A DNA stretch of 64,000 nucleotides, from positions 43,829,775 to 43,893,774 of the forward strand of contig NC_090385.1 of assembly GCF_036365525.1 (NCBI RefSeq). Direction: 5' to 3'. Positions 36,617-51,234 of this stretch are shown here, in pieces. Numbering within the stretch: position 1 is the first letter of the stretch; every line of letters starts with the position of its first letter. Both the position numbers and the translations under genes were made by a program. This DNA is from Heterodontus francisci (lineage: Eukaryota). The notes below the pieces were generated by a model that did no database searches, was not told the origin of the DNA, and saw nothing but the letters and a program-made list of their open reading frames with translations.

Positions 36617-39600
36617 TGCCATGCTAGGCTCCCACCTGCCAAGAATGAGGCACATCAATTTTGTCATGAACATTGATATTAACTGTTACTGGAGTGAAGA
36701 AATAACTTGTTAAACAGATCAGCCGTGGCTGGAAAATACATTTGCATATTAACAGACAGTGTTTGGAAGGACAAAGCAGCCATTCCCTGACACATTCAAC
36801 CCACAATGGACTTTTGATCATGAGATACCTAAGGTGGGTGAGCTTGCATTCCAGGTGGACGGCTAAGATGGACGAATACACAAATGGACATGGTCAAACC
36901 AGCTAGTCACAAAGAACAAAGAACAGTATAGCACAGGAACAGACCATTTGGCCCCCCAAGCCTGCGCCGATCTTGATGCCTGTCTAAACTAAAACCTTCT
37001 GCACTTCCAGGGACTGTATCCCTCTATTCCCATCCTATTCATGTATTTGTCAAGATGCCTCTTAAATGTCGCTATCGTACCTGCTTCCACCACCACCCCC
37101 GGCAGCAAGTTCCAGGCACTCACCACCCTCTGTGTAAAGAACTTGCCTCGCACATCCCCTCTAAACTTTGCCCCTCGCACCTTAAACCTATGTCCCCGAG
37201 TAACTGACTCTTCCACCCTGGGAAAAAGCTTCTGACTATCCACTCTGTCCATGCCACTCATAACTTTGTAAACCTCTATCATGTCGCCCCTCCACCTCCA
37301 TCGTTCCAGTGAAAACAATCCGAGTTTTTCCAACCTCTCCTCAAGGCTAATGCCCTCTAGACCAGGCAACATCTGGTAAACCTCTTCTGTACCCTCTCCA
37401 AAGCCTCCATGTCCTTCTGGTAGTGTGGCGACCAGAATTGCACGCATTATTCTAAGTGTGGCCTAACTAAGGTTCTGTACAGCTGCAGCATGACTTGCCA
37501 AATTTTATATTCTATGCCCCGACCGATGAAGGCAAGCATGCTGTATGCCTTCTTGACTACCTTATCCACCTGCGTTGCCACTTTCAGTGACTTATGGACC
37601 TGTACGTCCATATCTCTCTGCCTGTCAATACTCCTAAATGTTCTGCCATTTACTGTATACTTACCACCTGCATTAGATCTTCCAAAATGCATTACTTCAC
37701 AATTTTCCGGATTAAACTCCATCTGCCATTTCTCCGCTCAAGTCTCCAACAAATCTAAATTCTGCTGTATCCTCTGACAATCCTCATCACTATCCGCAAC
37801 TCCACCAACCTTTGTGTTGTCTGCAAACGTACTAATCAGACCAGCTACATTTTCCTGCAAATCATTTATATCTAATACAAGCAGCAAAGGTCCTAGCACT
37901 GATCCCTGCCGAACACCACTAGTCACAGCCCTCCATTCAGAAAAGCACCCTTCCACTGCTACCCTCTGTCATCTATGACTGAGCCAGTTCTGTATCCATC
38001 TTGCCAGCTCACCTCTGATCCCGTGTGACTTCACCTTTTTACCAGTCTGCCATGAGGGACCTTGTCAAAGGCTTTACTGAAGTCCATATAGACAACATCC
38101 ACCGCCCTTCCTTCATCAATCATCTTCGTCACTTCCTCAAAAAACTCAATCAAATTAGTGAGACACGACCTCCCCTTCACAAAACCATGCTGCCTCTCGC
38201 TAATAAATTCATTTGTTTCCAAATGGGAGTAAATCCTGTCCCGAAGAATCCTCTCTAATAATTTCCCTACCACTGACGTAAGGCTCACCGGCCTATAATT
38301 TCCTGGATTATCCTTGCTACCCTTCTTAAACAAAGGAACAACATTGGCTATTCTCCAGTCCTCTGGGACCTCACCTGTAGCCAATGAGGATGCAAAGATT
38401 TCTGTCAAGGCCCCAGCAATTTCTTCCCTTGCCTCCCTCAGTAATCTGGGTTAGATCCCATCAGGCCCTGGGCACTTATCTACCTTAATGCTTTGCAAGA
38501 CGCCCAACACCTCCTCCTTTTTGATAACGACATGACCCAGACTATCTACACTCCCTTCCCTAGACTCATCATCCACCAAGTCCTTCTCTTTTGTGAATAC
38601 TGATGCAAAGTACTCATTTAGTACCTCACCCATTTCCTCTGGCTCCACACATAGATTCCCTCCTGTCCTTGAGTGGGTCAACCCTTTCCCAGGTTACCCT
38701 CTTGCTCTTTATATATGTATAAAAAGCCTTGGGATTCTCCATAATCCTGTTTTCCATGACTTTTCATGACCCCTTTTAGCCCTCCTGACTTCTTGTTTAA
38801 GTTCCTTCCTACTTTCTTTATATTCCTCAAGGGATTCGCCTGTTCCCAGCCTTCTAGCCCTTACGAATGCTTCCTTTTTCTTTTTGACTAGGCTCACACT
38901 ATCCCTCATTATCCAAGGTTCCCAAAACTTGCCAAACTTATCCTTCTTCCTCATAGGAACATGCCAGTCCTAGATTCTAATCAACTGACGTTTGAAAGAC
39001 TCCCACATGTCAGATGTTGATTTACCCTCAAACATCCGCCCCCAATCTAAATTCTTCAGTCCCTGCCTAATATTGTTGTAATTAGCCTTCCCCCAATTTA
39101 GCACCTTCACATGACTAACCTGCTGGGCAACCTGAGTTTTTTGAATTTGTACAAACAATTTGGGCAGAAAGCTGTTTGCTCCTGGACTGAGAAGATCTCT
39201 CCTCTCTGCTGCCATCTCTTTCTCACAAGCCTCTGAATCCACTGAAGACATATGAACCCCAAAAGAGAAAAGTTTTCTACAGCGAACAAGGTTTAAGAAA
39301 AATATTGGGCGGCAACAAAAAGCAAGATCTACCTACAATCAAGGACTCTACAGTACACTTGAAGAACCGTAACAAAAACTCTTCAGAGAGTGCCTCAAAC
39401 TTTTTCACTTTATTTTTCTTCCCCTCTTTTCTGTCTCTATTTGTATATGTGTATCGCATATGCATGCTAGTGTGGGCACGTCATAGGTGTTAACCAAATT
39501 AGGGGTCAAGTTTAAGTTTAAGAAATTTCAACTTTTCTTCTTTAAACCTAAGAAAGCCTGTTTGTGTTGGTTTCTTTGCCTTATACTTGGAAAGCAGTGA

Positions 39601-39719
39601 ACAAGAATTCACCAAGGGGGAGCTAAAAACACGGTGTGTTTAAAATTATACCCTGTTACCTTAAGACCAGGTGAAGGCTGAGAGGGATCCCTAGACACCT
39701 TTCTCACCTGGTCGTAACA
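36617..39719 (+). mobile_element. Solo Gypsy LTR split by a CR1
   Basis: TG...CCCACCTGCC start and CACCTGGTCGTAACA end; homologous to 54114-55085 and 9841. Confidence 0.8.
36912..39106 (-). mobile_element. 5'-truncated CR1 LINE in the LTR
   Basis: RT ORFs from 36989 to 38954; TCACA repeated at 36907-11 and 39107-11. Confidence 0.95.
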
Positions 39720-39769
39720 AGAGTAGCTACACTACACTCGTCCACTCTCTCCATTATTATAGGTAAGGA

Positions 39770-42343
39770 AATGCAATGAATGTGGTTTATATGGATTTTC
39801 AAAAAGCATTGGATAAAGTGTCACATAATAGGTGTGTGGCAATAATAATGGCATGTGGACTAAATGAGAATGTGGTGACTCGAAGGAGAGGTGGTTGCAC
39901 AGCAGAAAGTAAAGATTAGGAGTAAAGGGAAGTTTGTAGAATGGAAAGTTGTGGTGAGTTATGTTACGTACAGATCTGTATCAGAGTCACTATTATTATT
40001 AACCACATATATCATCTGGACTTAGAAACTGAGGGAACAATATTGATAGAGGAATAATTAATTACCTCATAGTTAAGGCACCGCTAGATAGCAGCAATCG
40101 TAATATGATTGAATTTTACATTCAGTTTGAAGGAAAGAGTGGGTCCAAGACTCGTATTTTAAACTTAAATAAGGGTAATTATGAGGGCATGAAAGCAAAG
40201 CTAGCTAAAATGATCTGGCAAATCAGGTTAAGAGATAGGTCAATAGAGATGCAGTGACAGACATTTAAGGAGATATTTCAGGATACACAGAATAGATACA
40301 TTTCAATGAGAAAGAAAACTTCCAAGGGTGGGACCCGCCATCCATGATTAACTAAAACAGTTAAAAGTAGTATCAAACTTAAAGGAAAAGCCTATAATTG
40401 CACAAAGATGGGAGGCTGGTCAGAAGATTGGACAGAATATAAAAAATAGCTAAGAATGACTAAAAGATTGATAAGGATGGTAAAATTAGAAAATGAGAGA
40501 AAACTAGCTAGAAATATAAAGACAGATAGTAAGAGTTTCTATAGATATTTAAAAAAGAAAAGTTAACAAAGTGAACGTTGGTCCTATAGAAAGTGAATCT
40601 GGGGAATTAATAATGGATAATAAGGAGATGGCAGATGAATTGAACAGATATTTTGCATTGGTCTTCACTATTGAGGATACAAGTAACATCCCAGTATTAG
40701 CTGTAGGTCAGGAAATGGAAGGGAGGGAGGAACGCAAGAAAATTAAAATCATCAGGGAAGTGGTACTGAGCAAATTGTTGGAGTTGCAGGCTGACAAGTC
40801 CCTGGGTCCTGATGGATTTCATCCTAGGGTGTTAGAAGAAGTAGCTAGTGAGATAGTTGATGCATTAGTTTTAATTTTCCAAAATTCCCTAGAGTCGGGG
40901 AAGGTTCCTTTGGATTGGAAAATAGCAATTGTATCTCCTTTATTCAAAAAGGGACGGAGACAGAAAGCAGGAAACTACAGGCCAATTAGCTTAACATCTG
41001 TCTTAGGGAAAATGTTAGAAGCTATTATTAAAGATGTTATAGCAGGGCATTTCGAAAAATTCAAGGTAATCAGGCAGAGTCAACATGGTTTTGTGAAAGG
41101 GAAATCATGTTTAACCAATTTATTGGAGTTCTTTGACAGAGTTACATGTGCTGTCGATAAAGGGGAATCGGTGGATGTATTGTACTTAGATTTCCAGAAG
41201 GCATTTGATAAGGTGCCACATCAAAGGTTATTGCAGAAAATAAAAGCTCATGGTGGAGGGGGTAACATATCGGCAGGAAACAGAGAGTAAGCATAAATGG
41301 GTCATTTTCTGGTTGGAACGATATAACAAGTGGTGTGCCACAGAGATCTGTGCTGGGGCCTCAACTTTTTACAATTTATATAAATGACTTAGATGAAGGG
41401 ACCGAAGACATGGTTGCTAAATTTGCTGATGGCACAAAGATAGGTAGGAAAGTAACTTGTGAAGAGGACATAAGGAGGCTACAAAGGGATATAGATAGGT
41501 TAAGTGAGTGGGTAAAGACCTGGCAAATGGAGTATAATGTGGGAAAGCGTGAAATTGTCCACTTTGGCAGGAAGAATAAAAAAGAAGCATATCATCTAAA
41601 TGGTGAGAGACTGCGGAGCTCTGAGATGCAGAGGGATCTGAGTATCTAGTACATGAATCGTAAAAGGTTAGTATGCAGGTACAGCACGTAATTAGGAAAG
41701 CTAATAAAATGTTATTGTGTATTGTGAGGGGAATTGAATACAAAAGTAGGGAGGTTATGCTTCAGCTATACAGGGCATTGGTGCGACCACATCTGGAATA
41801 TTGTGTACAGTACTGGTCTCCTTATTTAAGAAAGGATGTAAATGCGTTGGAGGCAATACAGAGAAGGTTTACTAGATCAATACCTGGAATGGACGGGCTG
41901 TCTTACGAGGAAAGATTGGACAGGCTAGGCTTGTATCTGCTGGAATTTAGAAGAGTAAGAGGCAACTTGATTGAAATGTGTAAGATCCTGAGGGGTCTTG
42001 ACAGGGTGGATGTGGAAAGGATGTTTCCCCTTGTGGGAGAATCTCAAACTAGGGGTCACTGTTTAAAAATAAGGGGTCGCCCATTTAAGACAGAAATGAG
42101 GAGAAATTTTTTCTCAGTGAGTTGTGAGTCTTTGGAATTCTCTTCCTCAAAAGGCAGTGGAAACAGAGTCATTGAACATTTTTAAGGCAGAGGTAGATAG
42201 ATTCTTGGTAAGCAAGGGGGTGGAAGGTTATTGGGGGTAGGTGGAAATCTGGAGTAATCAGTTCAGCTATGAACTTATTGAATGACGGAGCAGGCGTGAA
42301 GGGTCGAGTGGCCTACTCCTGCTCCTAATTCATATGTTCGTAT
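39770..42343 (+). mobile_element. Old CR1 relic (39770-40060) plus 5'-truncated CR1 (~40090-42343)
   Basis: RT ORFs 40571..41290, 41335..41649 and 41673..42185; tail GGCCTACTCCTGCTCCTA. Confidence 0.9.
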
Positions 42344-42392
42344 GACATACACTGAGGCCACCAGGTTGTGGAGAGTGTGCAAATTTTGATTA

Positions 42393-43033
42393 GGGCTAGA
42401 TTTTTCTGCAGGCTCGGACCCCGATGTCAGGACAAAATGCCAGCACTTGCTGGGAGCCAGACTAGCATGTCAATATTCCCGGAAGGGACTTCCAGTAGGC
42501 TGCCTCCGAGCTTTAGTCGAGCATCGATGGCAGACAGGTTGTAGATGCTGCCGGCACAGAGGGCCAGCAGCTCTGACGCCTCGGCAGTCTCACTGGGAGA
42601 GGTGGGCACTGCTGACTCAGGTAGGAGAATGTGAGGGCACCTCAAAATGGAGGCGCTCTCGGAGATGTCAGTATAATTTAAAACTATTGGATGCCCTGCG
42701 GAATGGAGGTGAAGCCCTCGGGGAGGGGGGGAATGGGAGTTGAGCTGTTGGGGCAGCCTTTCCTTCATGTAGCCCCTTCAATGGGTCATGAAACCTCTGG
42801 CTCCAATGGCACCCCTGGACTGCCACTGAGAGGCCACCTCCATGAAGCTGGTTGCCTGTGCATGCGGTGGGTGGTGGGGGGGAGGGGGTGGCAGGGGCAT
42901 TTCACTGCCGGTGAAATACTGGTGGGCCCTCTAAGTTACTCCTAATAGGGAGTATTTAAATTGGCTCCCCACTATTTTCCCAGCCCCCCTTCTGCCTCCC
43001 AGGCCACCACACTGGGCTGGGAAAATACTGCCC
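42393..43033. mobile_element. Harbinger-type MITE
   Basis: GGGCTAGATTTT...AAAATACTGCCC. Confidence 0.65.
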
Positions 43034-43065
43034 AAGGATTCTGAAAGACTGTAAGAGGACATGGA

Positions 43066-46000
43066 TAGCCACTGAATATGTTCAAAGTTGAGATAAACAA
43101 ATTCTTGAACTATAGGGAAGTCAAGGGTTAAGGGCAACAAGCAAGAAAGTGGAGTTGAGGCCAAGATCAGATCAACTATGATCTACTTCAAGCAGCTTCA
43201 AGGGATCATATGGCCTACTCCTGCTTCTATTTCTTTTTTCTTATGTTCTCATAGCCTAGCAGATAATTGTCAGCTGTGGTTCTATGCAGAAAAATGTGAA
43301 ATAGTACATTTTGGAAACACAAATAGATAAAAGGAAATGCACTTAGAATGGTAAAATTTTCAATGCATTTGAGGAGTAATGGTGCTTTGATAAATAGATA
43401 CACCAATCATTAAATTTGGTTGCATGTGTAGATAAGACCATAAATGGAATCTTCAATTTTGCTTCTAGAGGTATAGAACACAAAAGCAAGGAGGTATTTT
43501 TGAACTTGTACAGGTCTCAGTAATGCTACAGTTTGAATATTGTGTTCTGATTTTGTGCATCCTTCATAGGAATGATGTTCAAGCAATGGAAAAAGTACAG
43601 CATGGATTCACTGGGATGTTGCGAGGCATGAGGGGTTGCCATTAAGAGGAGAACGTTGAGAAGTTCGGACTTGTTTCACTAAGGCTGTTAGCAATCTTCA
43701 TGATGATGATGAGTAAATAATGAATAGGGAGCAAATAGTATTCGACATAGTTCACAAAAAGAATACACTACTTTGATTGCAAATGGTCAGTATGGTCAGT
43801 TTCTGCACTGTAAATTCTATGATTCTCTGATTCTAAGTTGTAGAGTGAGCAGAAAAGGTACCTATTAAGAGACTGAGAGAGTCCCACAGTAAAAATGTAA
43901 GAGTAAAATCCCCCAGTAGGTCTGTCAGGATGGTGTGTGACTTGAAGGGAGAATTGGAGGGGAAATAATGTCAGGACTCCATGATAACAATCCTACAAAT
44001 TAAGCCATTACATTGTTAGAGTACTATATGATGTTAGGAAGCAGGTTCATAGCCTTGATCTTCTACGTGTTGAGTTCACAGTTTTACAAATGCTATTGTG
44101 GGGAGGTATTGATAAAGGCTAAGGTCTCCTATTAGAGGTTTGTAACTAGAAGGGTAGATAAGGGAGAGTTAGTGGATGTAGCGTTTTTAGATTTTAAAAT
44201 CCAAGAGGTTAGTACACAAAATTAGGGCTCATGGGATTGGGGATAACATATTAACATGGATTAAAGATTGGTAAACGAACAGAAAACTGAGAGTAGGGTT
44301 GCCAGATTGTAACTAGTGGGGTACCACAAGGATCAGTGTTTGGGCCTCAGCTATTTACATAGCATATCAGTGACTTAGATAACGAGACCAAAATGTAATG
44401 TGTCCAAATTTGCTGACAGTACCAAGTTTGGTGGGAAAGTAAGGTTGCAAAACTGCTGCAAAGGGATATGGACAGGTTGAGTGAGTGGGTAAGAACACGG
44501 CAAATGGAATATAATGTGGAGAAATGTTGGAAGGAAAAATAGAAAAGCAGACATTTTTTAAATGGTGAGAGACTGGGAAATGTGAATATTCAAAGTGTCC
44601 TGGGTGTCCTTGTACAAAAAGTAAAGAAAGTTAACATGCAGCTACTGCAAGGAATTAGGAAGGCACATCGTATATTAGCCTTTATTAGAAAGGGATTGGA
44701 GTATAAGATTAAAGAAGTCTTCTTACAATTATATACGGCCTTTGTCAAATCACACCTGGAGGACTGTGTACAGCTTTGATCTCCTTACCTAAGGAAGGAA
44801 ATACTTCTGGAGGAAGTGCAACAAAGATTGAGTAGGCTGGTTCCTGGGATAAGGAAATTGTCCTATGAGTAGACTATGCTTATATTTCTTAGAATGTAGA
44901 AAAATGAGAGGTGATCTCATGTAAGCATAAAATTCATAAGGAGCTTGACAGGATAGATGCTGGGAAGATGTTTCTCTGGCTGGGAAGTCTAGAACTAGGT
45001 GTCAAAGTCTCAGGATAAGGGGCCATCCATTTAGGATTGAGAGAAGGGAAAATACCTTCACTCAGAGGGTTGTAGATCTTTGGAATTTTCTACCTGAGAG
45101 AGCTGTCATTGAGGATATTCAAAGCAGAGATCAATTGTGTTTGACAAATTTATTAGAGTTTTTTGAGGATGTAACTAGTAGGGTAGATAAAGGGGAACCA
45201 GTAGATGTAGTTTACTTGGATTTCAAAAAGGCATTCAATAAGGTGCCACACAAAAGGTTAATAATACGCAAGATAAGGGCTCATGGAGTTGAGGGTAATA
45301 TATTAGTGTGGATGAAGGATTGGTTAACGGACAGGAAGCAGAGAGTAGACATAAACAGGGCATTTTCAAGTTGACAGGCTGTAACTAGTGGAGTGCTGCA
45401 AGGATAAGTGCTGGGTGTCAGCTATTTACAATCTATATTAATGACTTAGAAGAAGAAGAAACTGAGAGTAATGTATCCAAGTTTTCTGACAATACATAGC
45501 TAGGAGGGAATGTATGCAGTGAGAAGGACACAAAGAGGCTGCAAAGAGATATAGGTAGATTAAGCGAGTACGCAACAAGGTTTCAGATGGAGTATAATGT
45601 GGGAAAGTGTTATTTATTTAGTTTGGTAATAAGAATAAAAAAGCAAAATTTTTTTAAAAGGCGTGAAACTTTTAAATATTGACGTTCAGAGAGACTTGGG
45701 TGTACTCACATAAGGAACACAGAATGTTAGCATGCAGGTAGAGCAAGCAATTAGGAAAGCAAATGGCATGTTGGCCTTTATTGCAAGGGGACTGGATTAA
45801 AAGAATAAAGAAGTTTTTGCATTGTATAGGGCTTTGGTGATACCGTACCCGGTGTATTGTGTGCAGTTTTGGTCTCCATATCTAAGGAAGGACTTGCCTT
45901 GGAGGCGATACAGCAAAGATTCACTAGATTAATTCCTGAGATGAGAGGGCTGAGCAAATTGGGATTCTACGCGCTGGAGTTTTGAAGAATTAAATATGAT

Positions 46001-46752
46001 TTCACTGAAAAGTACAAGATTTGAAGGGGTTTGACAGGGTAGACACTGAGAAGTTGTTTCCCCTGGCTATGGAATCTAGAACACAAGGGGCACAGCCTCA
46101 GGAAAAGGGGTCGATTATTTAGGACTGAGATGAGGAAACATTTCTTCATTCAGAGGGTTGTGAATCTTTAGAATTGTGTACCCAAGAGGGTTGTGTATGC
46201 TCCATCATTGAGTATATTTAAGGCTGTGATATGTTGTGTATTGTAGCGTAGATCGGGTGTTGTCTAAAGAAGTCTCAGGTTCTTTGTAGGGATAAAGAAT
46301 GTTATTTATTATACACAGATATAACTATTTACATTCTCCACAAGCCTGTCTAGCTAGCACACCTCGGGCTGCTGCTAACTTCTTCCCAGCCTAATACCCA
46401 TGTGACTATTACATCATCACTACAGTGGGAAGGGTTTACTCTGACTGTCTCAAACAATAACCCTTTCAGACCCTATCCTACATGATAGACCGATTTTTGA
46501 TCTCTCAGGGAATCAATTGATATGGAGAGCAGGTGAGAAAGTGGAGTTGAGGTAGAAGAACAGCCATTATTGTATTGATTGGCGGAGCAGCCTCGAGGGG
46601 TTATATGGTCTATTCCTGCTCCTATTTCTTATGTCTTATAGATTTAAGGGATATGGTGATGATGTGGCAGGTTGGGTTGAGGTAGAAGACCAACCGTGAT
46701 TTTATTGAAGGGCTGAATGACCTACTCCTGCTCCTATTTCTTCTGTTCTTAT
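43066..46752 (+). mobile_element. Cluster of CR1 fragments, including CR1 45135-46638 nested in CR1 44140-46752
   Basis: Repeated RT and C-terminal motifs and three CR1 3' tails (~43250, ~46638, ~46752). Confidence 0.8.
46232..46482 (-). mobile_element. 251-bp solo LTR
   Basis: TG...CA ends, 5-bp TSD TGATA; reverse complement resembles the LTR at ~61203 (AAAGGGTTA...GATGTAA...CATG). Confidence 0.75.
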
Positions 46753-47462
46753 CATTAAAGCATGGGCGGAAAGTCCCAAGAAAGCAGCAGCAGGAAAAAT
46801 AACATTCAAAAGATCAAGGAAAAAAATTAACTGTTCTTCATAAGAATATTATTAAAGTGGCTGCCTCAACCAATGTTATTCTAGCGTGAAAATGTCAAGC
46901 GCCAACGAGCAAGGTAAGATAATTCCTGAAAAGTTTGCACTTTCAGCCTTCTCCTCCTTTCCTTTCTGCGACATAATTAGGTCTTGTCAGCTTATCACAG
47001 GCAGCAATTGTCAGTGTTTCATATAAAAGCGAAATGGGCTATGTTTTAATTAGTCTGGATTCAGCACCTGTCTTCCACCACTTGAAGCTAATTGATGTCT
47101 GGCGAGCTATTTTGAGGTGCATTCCTGGAAACCATTTTAACTGACAGTTCATAATTGTAATCATGTCACCGCATAATTTAGAAAAAACAAAATTGTATAA
47201 AAGATTGATGCAGAACTGAATGATGCAATTGAATCTTGTTTAATCAGAGATACACCACCAAATTTTATAACAGGCTCATGTGACTCTCAGATCTGAGGTT
47301 GTACCAGTATCAGTGCCTTTTTATCAAGAGAAGCCAGGAAGATAGGATTCAAAAATAAAGTTAAATATTTTGGAAGACTAATGGGAAAAATAGAAACAGG
47401 AGAATGATGAAAAGTGAGAAATACTGTACCTAGAATACAGGGCAAAAAAATCAGTAAGGTAG

Positions 47463-48520
47463 TGTTACGATCAAGGTGGGAGAAATGCATTTTTAATTCA
47501 GTCCCACTACTCCACAGGTCATAGCATATCAATAAAGTTTCCCACCTACTGAAGAATAGCTAAATTAGACACTCTATTTGTCCCCCAGAATAAAGCACAC
47601 CAAACCAGGTTTCTTTAAACAACAACAACATTAACTATTTATTAGAAAATAAATAATAAGTCTTAACTACTAATGATATAAATCGATATCTATGACAAGT
47701 TTCTTATTTCCTTAGTCCTCATGCACAGCCACATACATTTTAAAAACTGGTTAACGGGGGAAAAGGATTTTGGTTTACAGCTGTTTCTTAGGAATAGAAG
47801 GAATAATAAAAATAAATCAGTTCGTCATGTTCTGGTAGGATTTTTAGGTATGGTGAGGTGTCCCAGAATCGAATAGTCAGATGCCACTCAAAGTGTCTCC
47901 AGGCGAGGTTGATGAACAGTCTTTGAAGGGTAGGCATTAAAGGCAATTCGGCTACAGCAGGCATCACACGTGTCTTTCAGCAGGGGTGCAGCAACTGGTC
48001 TGCTCAGGATTCACAGCAGCAACACAACAGTAGAAGCTTTGTTCAGGTTCCAAAATTCCCAAAACACAGGAGGCAACAAGAACCACAATGAATGCAGGAA
48101 TTCTTCAGAGACAGGAGGCAATAGGAAGCTGCCACCTTTCAAATGCAGGATTTCTTTTCAAGAGATGAAAGTCTCCTTTACAGAGAGGGGTCTTTTTCTC
48201 CAGTCTCCAGGCAGGTCAGGTCTAAGTTTCAAATGCCTGCTCTTTGTCCAACTCACTGGTTTTTAAAAGTCCAAAGTGAAAGCAAAAAGCCTTCCTAAGC
48301 CGATTACGTGACCAGACAGAGAGTGCCCCCTGTCAAGTGTTGCTCTTAGGAGGTCAAAACTTGCTGTTTCCTTGAAACTGCTTGCTTTTCCTATTCTTGT
48401 ATACAGAGTCAACATCCAAAAGTTTCAGCTATTTGCAGGTGTCCACGTCTACCAAAAATCCTTTTTTCAGTTTTTAAAGCACACAGAATTTTTTAGTACA
48501 AAAAAAACCCTTTTCTAACA
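47463..48520 (-). mobile_element. Solo LTR
   Basis: TGTTAC...CTAACA ends, 4-bp TSD GTAG; minus-strand end GATCGTAACA resembles the other LTRs. Confidence 0.75.
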
Positions 48521-48586
48521 GTAGAAATAAAGGGGAAATGAAAGTATGAAGGAATATAAGGATTCAATTTTTATACCAGCTTATTT

Positions 48587-49299
48587 GGGTAGAACTTTAC
48601 CAATCCCACGGAGATGGGCTGGAAGGCGGGACTGGGAGCAAGAATGGAAATATTGGCATTGGGTCGGTGGGCCACGCATTCCCGCCTCCAGAAGCAGGTC
48701 ATCAATGGTAGCAAGAACCCGCCCAGCAGCGGCGGGTAGCCAACAATTAGCTATTAGGAGGCTAATGAGGTGAATGGGGAGGACTTTGCTGGGACCTTCC
48801 CGGTATCAGCACAGCCTCCTGCTGAGTCCGGCAGTTCCATGAAGGTGGCTTCCCAGCAGCAGGCCAGTGGGGGAAGGGGAGGGTGGTGGGGGGAGGTGCA
48901 TCGGAGCCAGAGGCTCCAAGCCCCAATGATGGGGCTATGGGCAGGAAAGGCCCCACCCGTAGTCCAGACAATTCCTCTTCAGCCCTCATCAGTTTTGACT
49001 TTTATGGATGCTTCCATGGGCGCCTCCATTTTGAGATGCCCTCCCGCTCCCCTTGCTGCCTGAGAAGCACCCACCTCTCCCAGTGAGGCTGCTGGCTCCC
49101 AAAGCTGCAGGCCCTCTGATCAGACCTACAGGCCTAGCAACTTGCCCACTGTCCTCCATTTACAGGGCTCCTGGAGGCGGCTTCTTAATTGACTACCTCC
49201 AGGAAGATCACGGAGTGGACAGGACTCACAGACTGTCTGGGATGGGACCATATTTGTCCCTGATGGAAGAATATTTTGAAAGGCGGTAAGATTCTGTCC
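48587..49299. mobile_element. Harbinger-type MITE
   Basis: GGGTAGAACTTTAC...GTAAGATTCTGTCC imperfect TIR. Confidence 0.55.
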
Positions 49300-49353
49300 A
49301 GTGCAATGCTGTTTTGGGTATGATTCAATATAAAATTCCCTATACAACTCTTT

Positions 49354-50558
49354 GGCCGGGATTTTTTCAGCAGGCGGTAAGTCTCGACGTTGGGACCAAA
49401 TGTGGGTCCCAAACCCACACAGGTGGTTAGCAGGACCGTGTCAGCAATCTTCCTGGCAGCTTTTTAATTAGCCGCTGCCAGGCCCGCCATCCAGTTAAGG
49501 ACGGTTGGCTGGCTGTCCATGCTGCTGGACCAATCTGAGGGCCAGCTGCACTGTAGTTTCGGCAGCTCCACCAACAGAAGTGGTGCTGCTGAGGCTGCAA
49601 AGAGAATGAGAGAGCATCTCCATTTTGAGGCTCACTCACAGGGGAGTTAGAAAATGATTTTCTCTGCTGGGGCCAGATTGGAGGAATAACCTCTCAGTGC
49701 TACTGTGTGCAATTTTGGTCTCCATATTTAAGGAAGGATATACTTGCATTGGAGGCCATACAGTGAAGGTTCATTAGATTGGTCTCTGGGATGAGGGGGT
49801 TGTCCTATGATGAGAAGGTGCGTAAATTGGTCCTATACTCTCTGGAGTTTAGAAGAATGAGAGGTGATCCATTGAAACATACAAGATTCCGAAGGGGCTG
49901 GATAGGGTAGACACTGAGAGATTGTTTCCGCTGGTCAAGGTATCTAAAGCACGGGGGCACAGTCTCAGGATAAGAAGCCAATCATTTAGGACTGAGATGA
50001 GGAGAAATTACTTCACTCAAAGGGTTGTGGATCTTTGGAATTTCCTATCCCAGAGGGTTGTGGATGCTCCATTGTTGAATATATTCAAGGCTGGGATAGA
50101 CAGATTTTTAGTCTCTCAGGGAATCAAGGGATATGGCGAGCGGGCAGGAAAATGGAGCTGAAACCAAAAATCAGCCATGATCTTATTGAATGGCAGAGCA
50201 AGCTCGATGGGCCATATGGTCTCCTCCTGCTCCTATTTCTTGTGCTCAGTGGTGACGTTGGGTCGCTGGGGAGGGAGTACCCTCCTTGGCTCATGGAGCA
50301 TCTGGTTGCGATGGCCCTCCTGGGAGGCTGCCTCGAGGCAGCTGGGTGGCCTCCCCAAGCGACAGGGGAGGTGGGAGTTCTGGTGCCAGCAAAATGCTAG
50401 CAGCCCAGGAAAATGGACTTTAATTGGCACAACTGGCCACCTGCCTCCAGTTGGCGGGCAGCCAAGCCATTGCCGTTCCCACCACTGGTAAAATGGCATG
50501 GCGTTGGGGAGTCTCCCGTCCCCTAGCCCACCATCTGGGGGCTGGTAAAATGTCGGCC
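49354..50558. mobile_element. Harbinger-type MITE with a nested CR1 3' fragment (~49701-50242, + strand)
   Basis: GGCCGGGATTTT and AAAATGTCGGCC, TSD TTT. Confidence 0.75.
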
Positions 50559-51234
50559 TTTAATTCTATTTCCAACTAACTCTAGAATGCTGTAAAATCA
50601 ACGAGTGTGAGACTTCTCCTACCTTAATTACTTCATATCATTTTATCTGGTTGGAGTATAAGTCCAGCCTGCATCAGTAGCTGTTTTAAATTACGCTCAG
50701 TTTTATTCTTTGAACATCTTGTTTCTTTGTTCTCAATCTTTAAGATTCTATTTTCCTAACTGTTTACAATTGCAATATGTGAGTGCTGCCAATGTCTAAA
50801 TTAAGGTCACAGCAGGAGTGCTGCTTTAGAGCAGGTACATGAATTTCTTTCCATTATTTAGTTGCCCTATCCTCACTGAGACTTCAACTTGAAGCAAAAT
50901 GAGTGGGTGCTATCTGCTTCAAGTACATGCCAGCTATCATCTCACTCTCATCTCCGCGTCCTCCACTCATTTTTCCCTGATCTGAGGATCACATATGTAC
51001 GAATGTTGGCATTTAGCCTCATCTATCCTTTCATTGTATTAAAGAAAATCATTCCAGTTTTCTTGTGTCATCTTTCAAAAGCATTGATTAAAACTGAATA
51101 TGATTACACAGGCACCGGCAGCTTTCTGCCCTTTTGTCTCTGTCGTTCCTGATCCCGTCCTCACGAAATACTCCCCGAGTATTTGTGGGAGATGTTTTTG
51201 GGAGTATTCATGTTGATCAGCAGCAGATACACTC

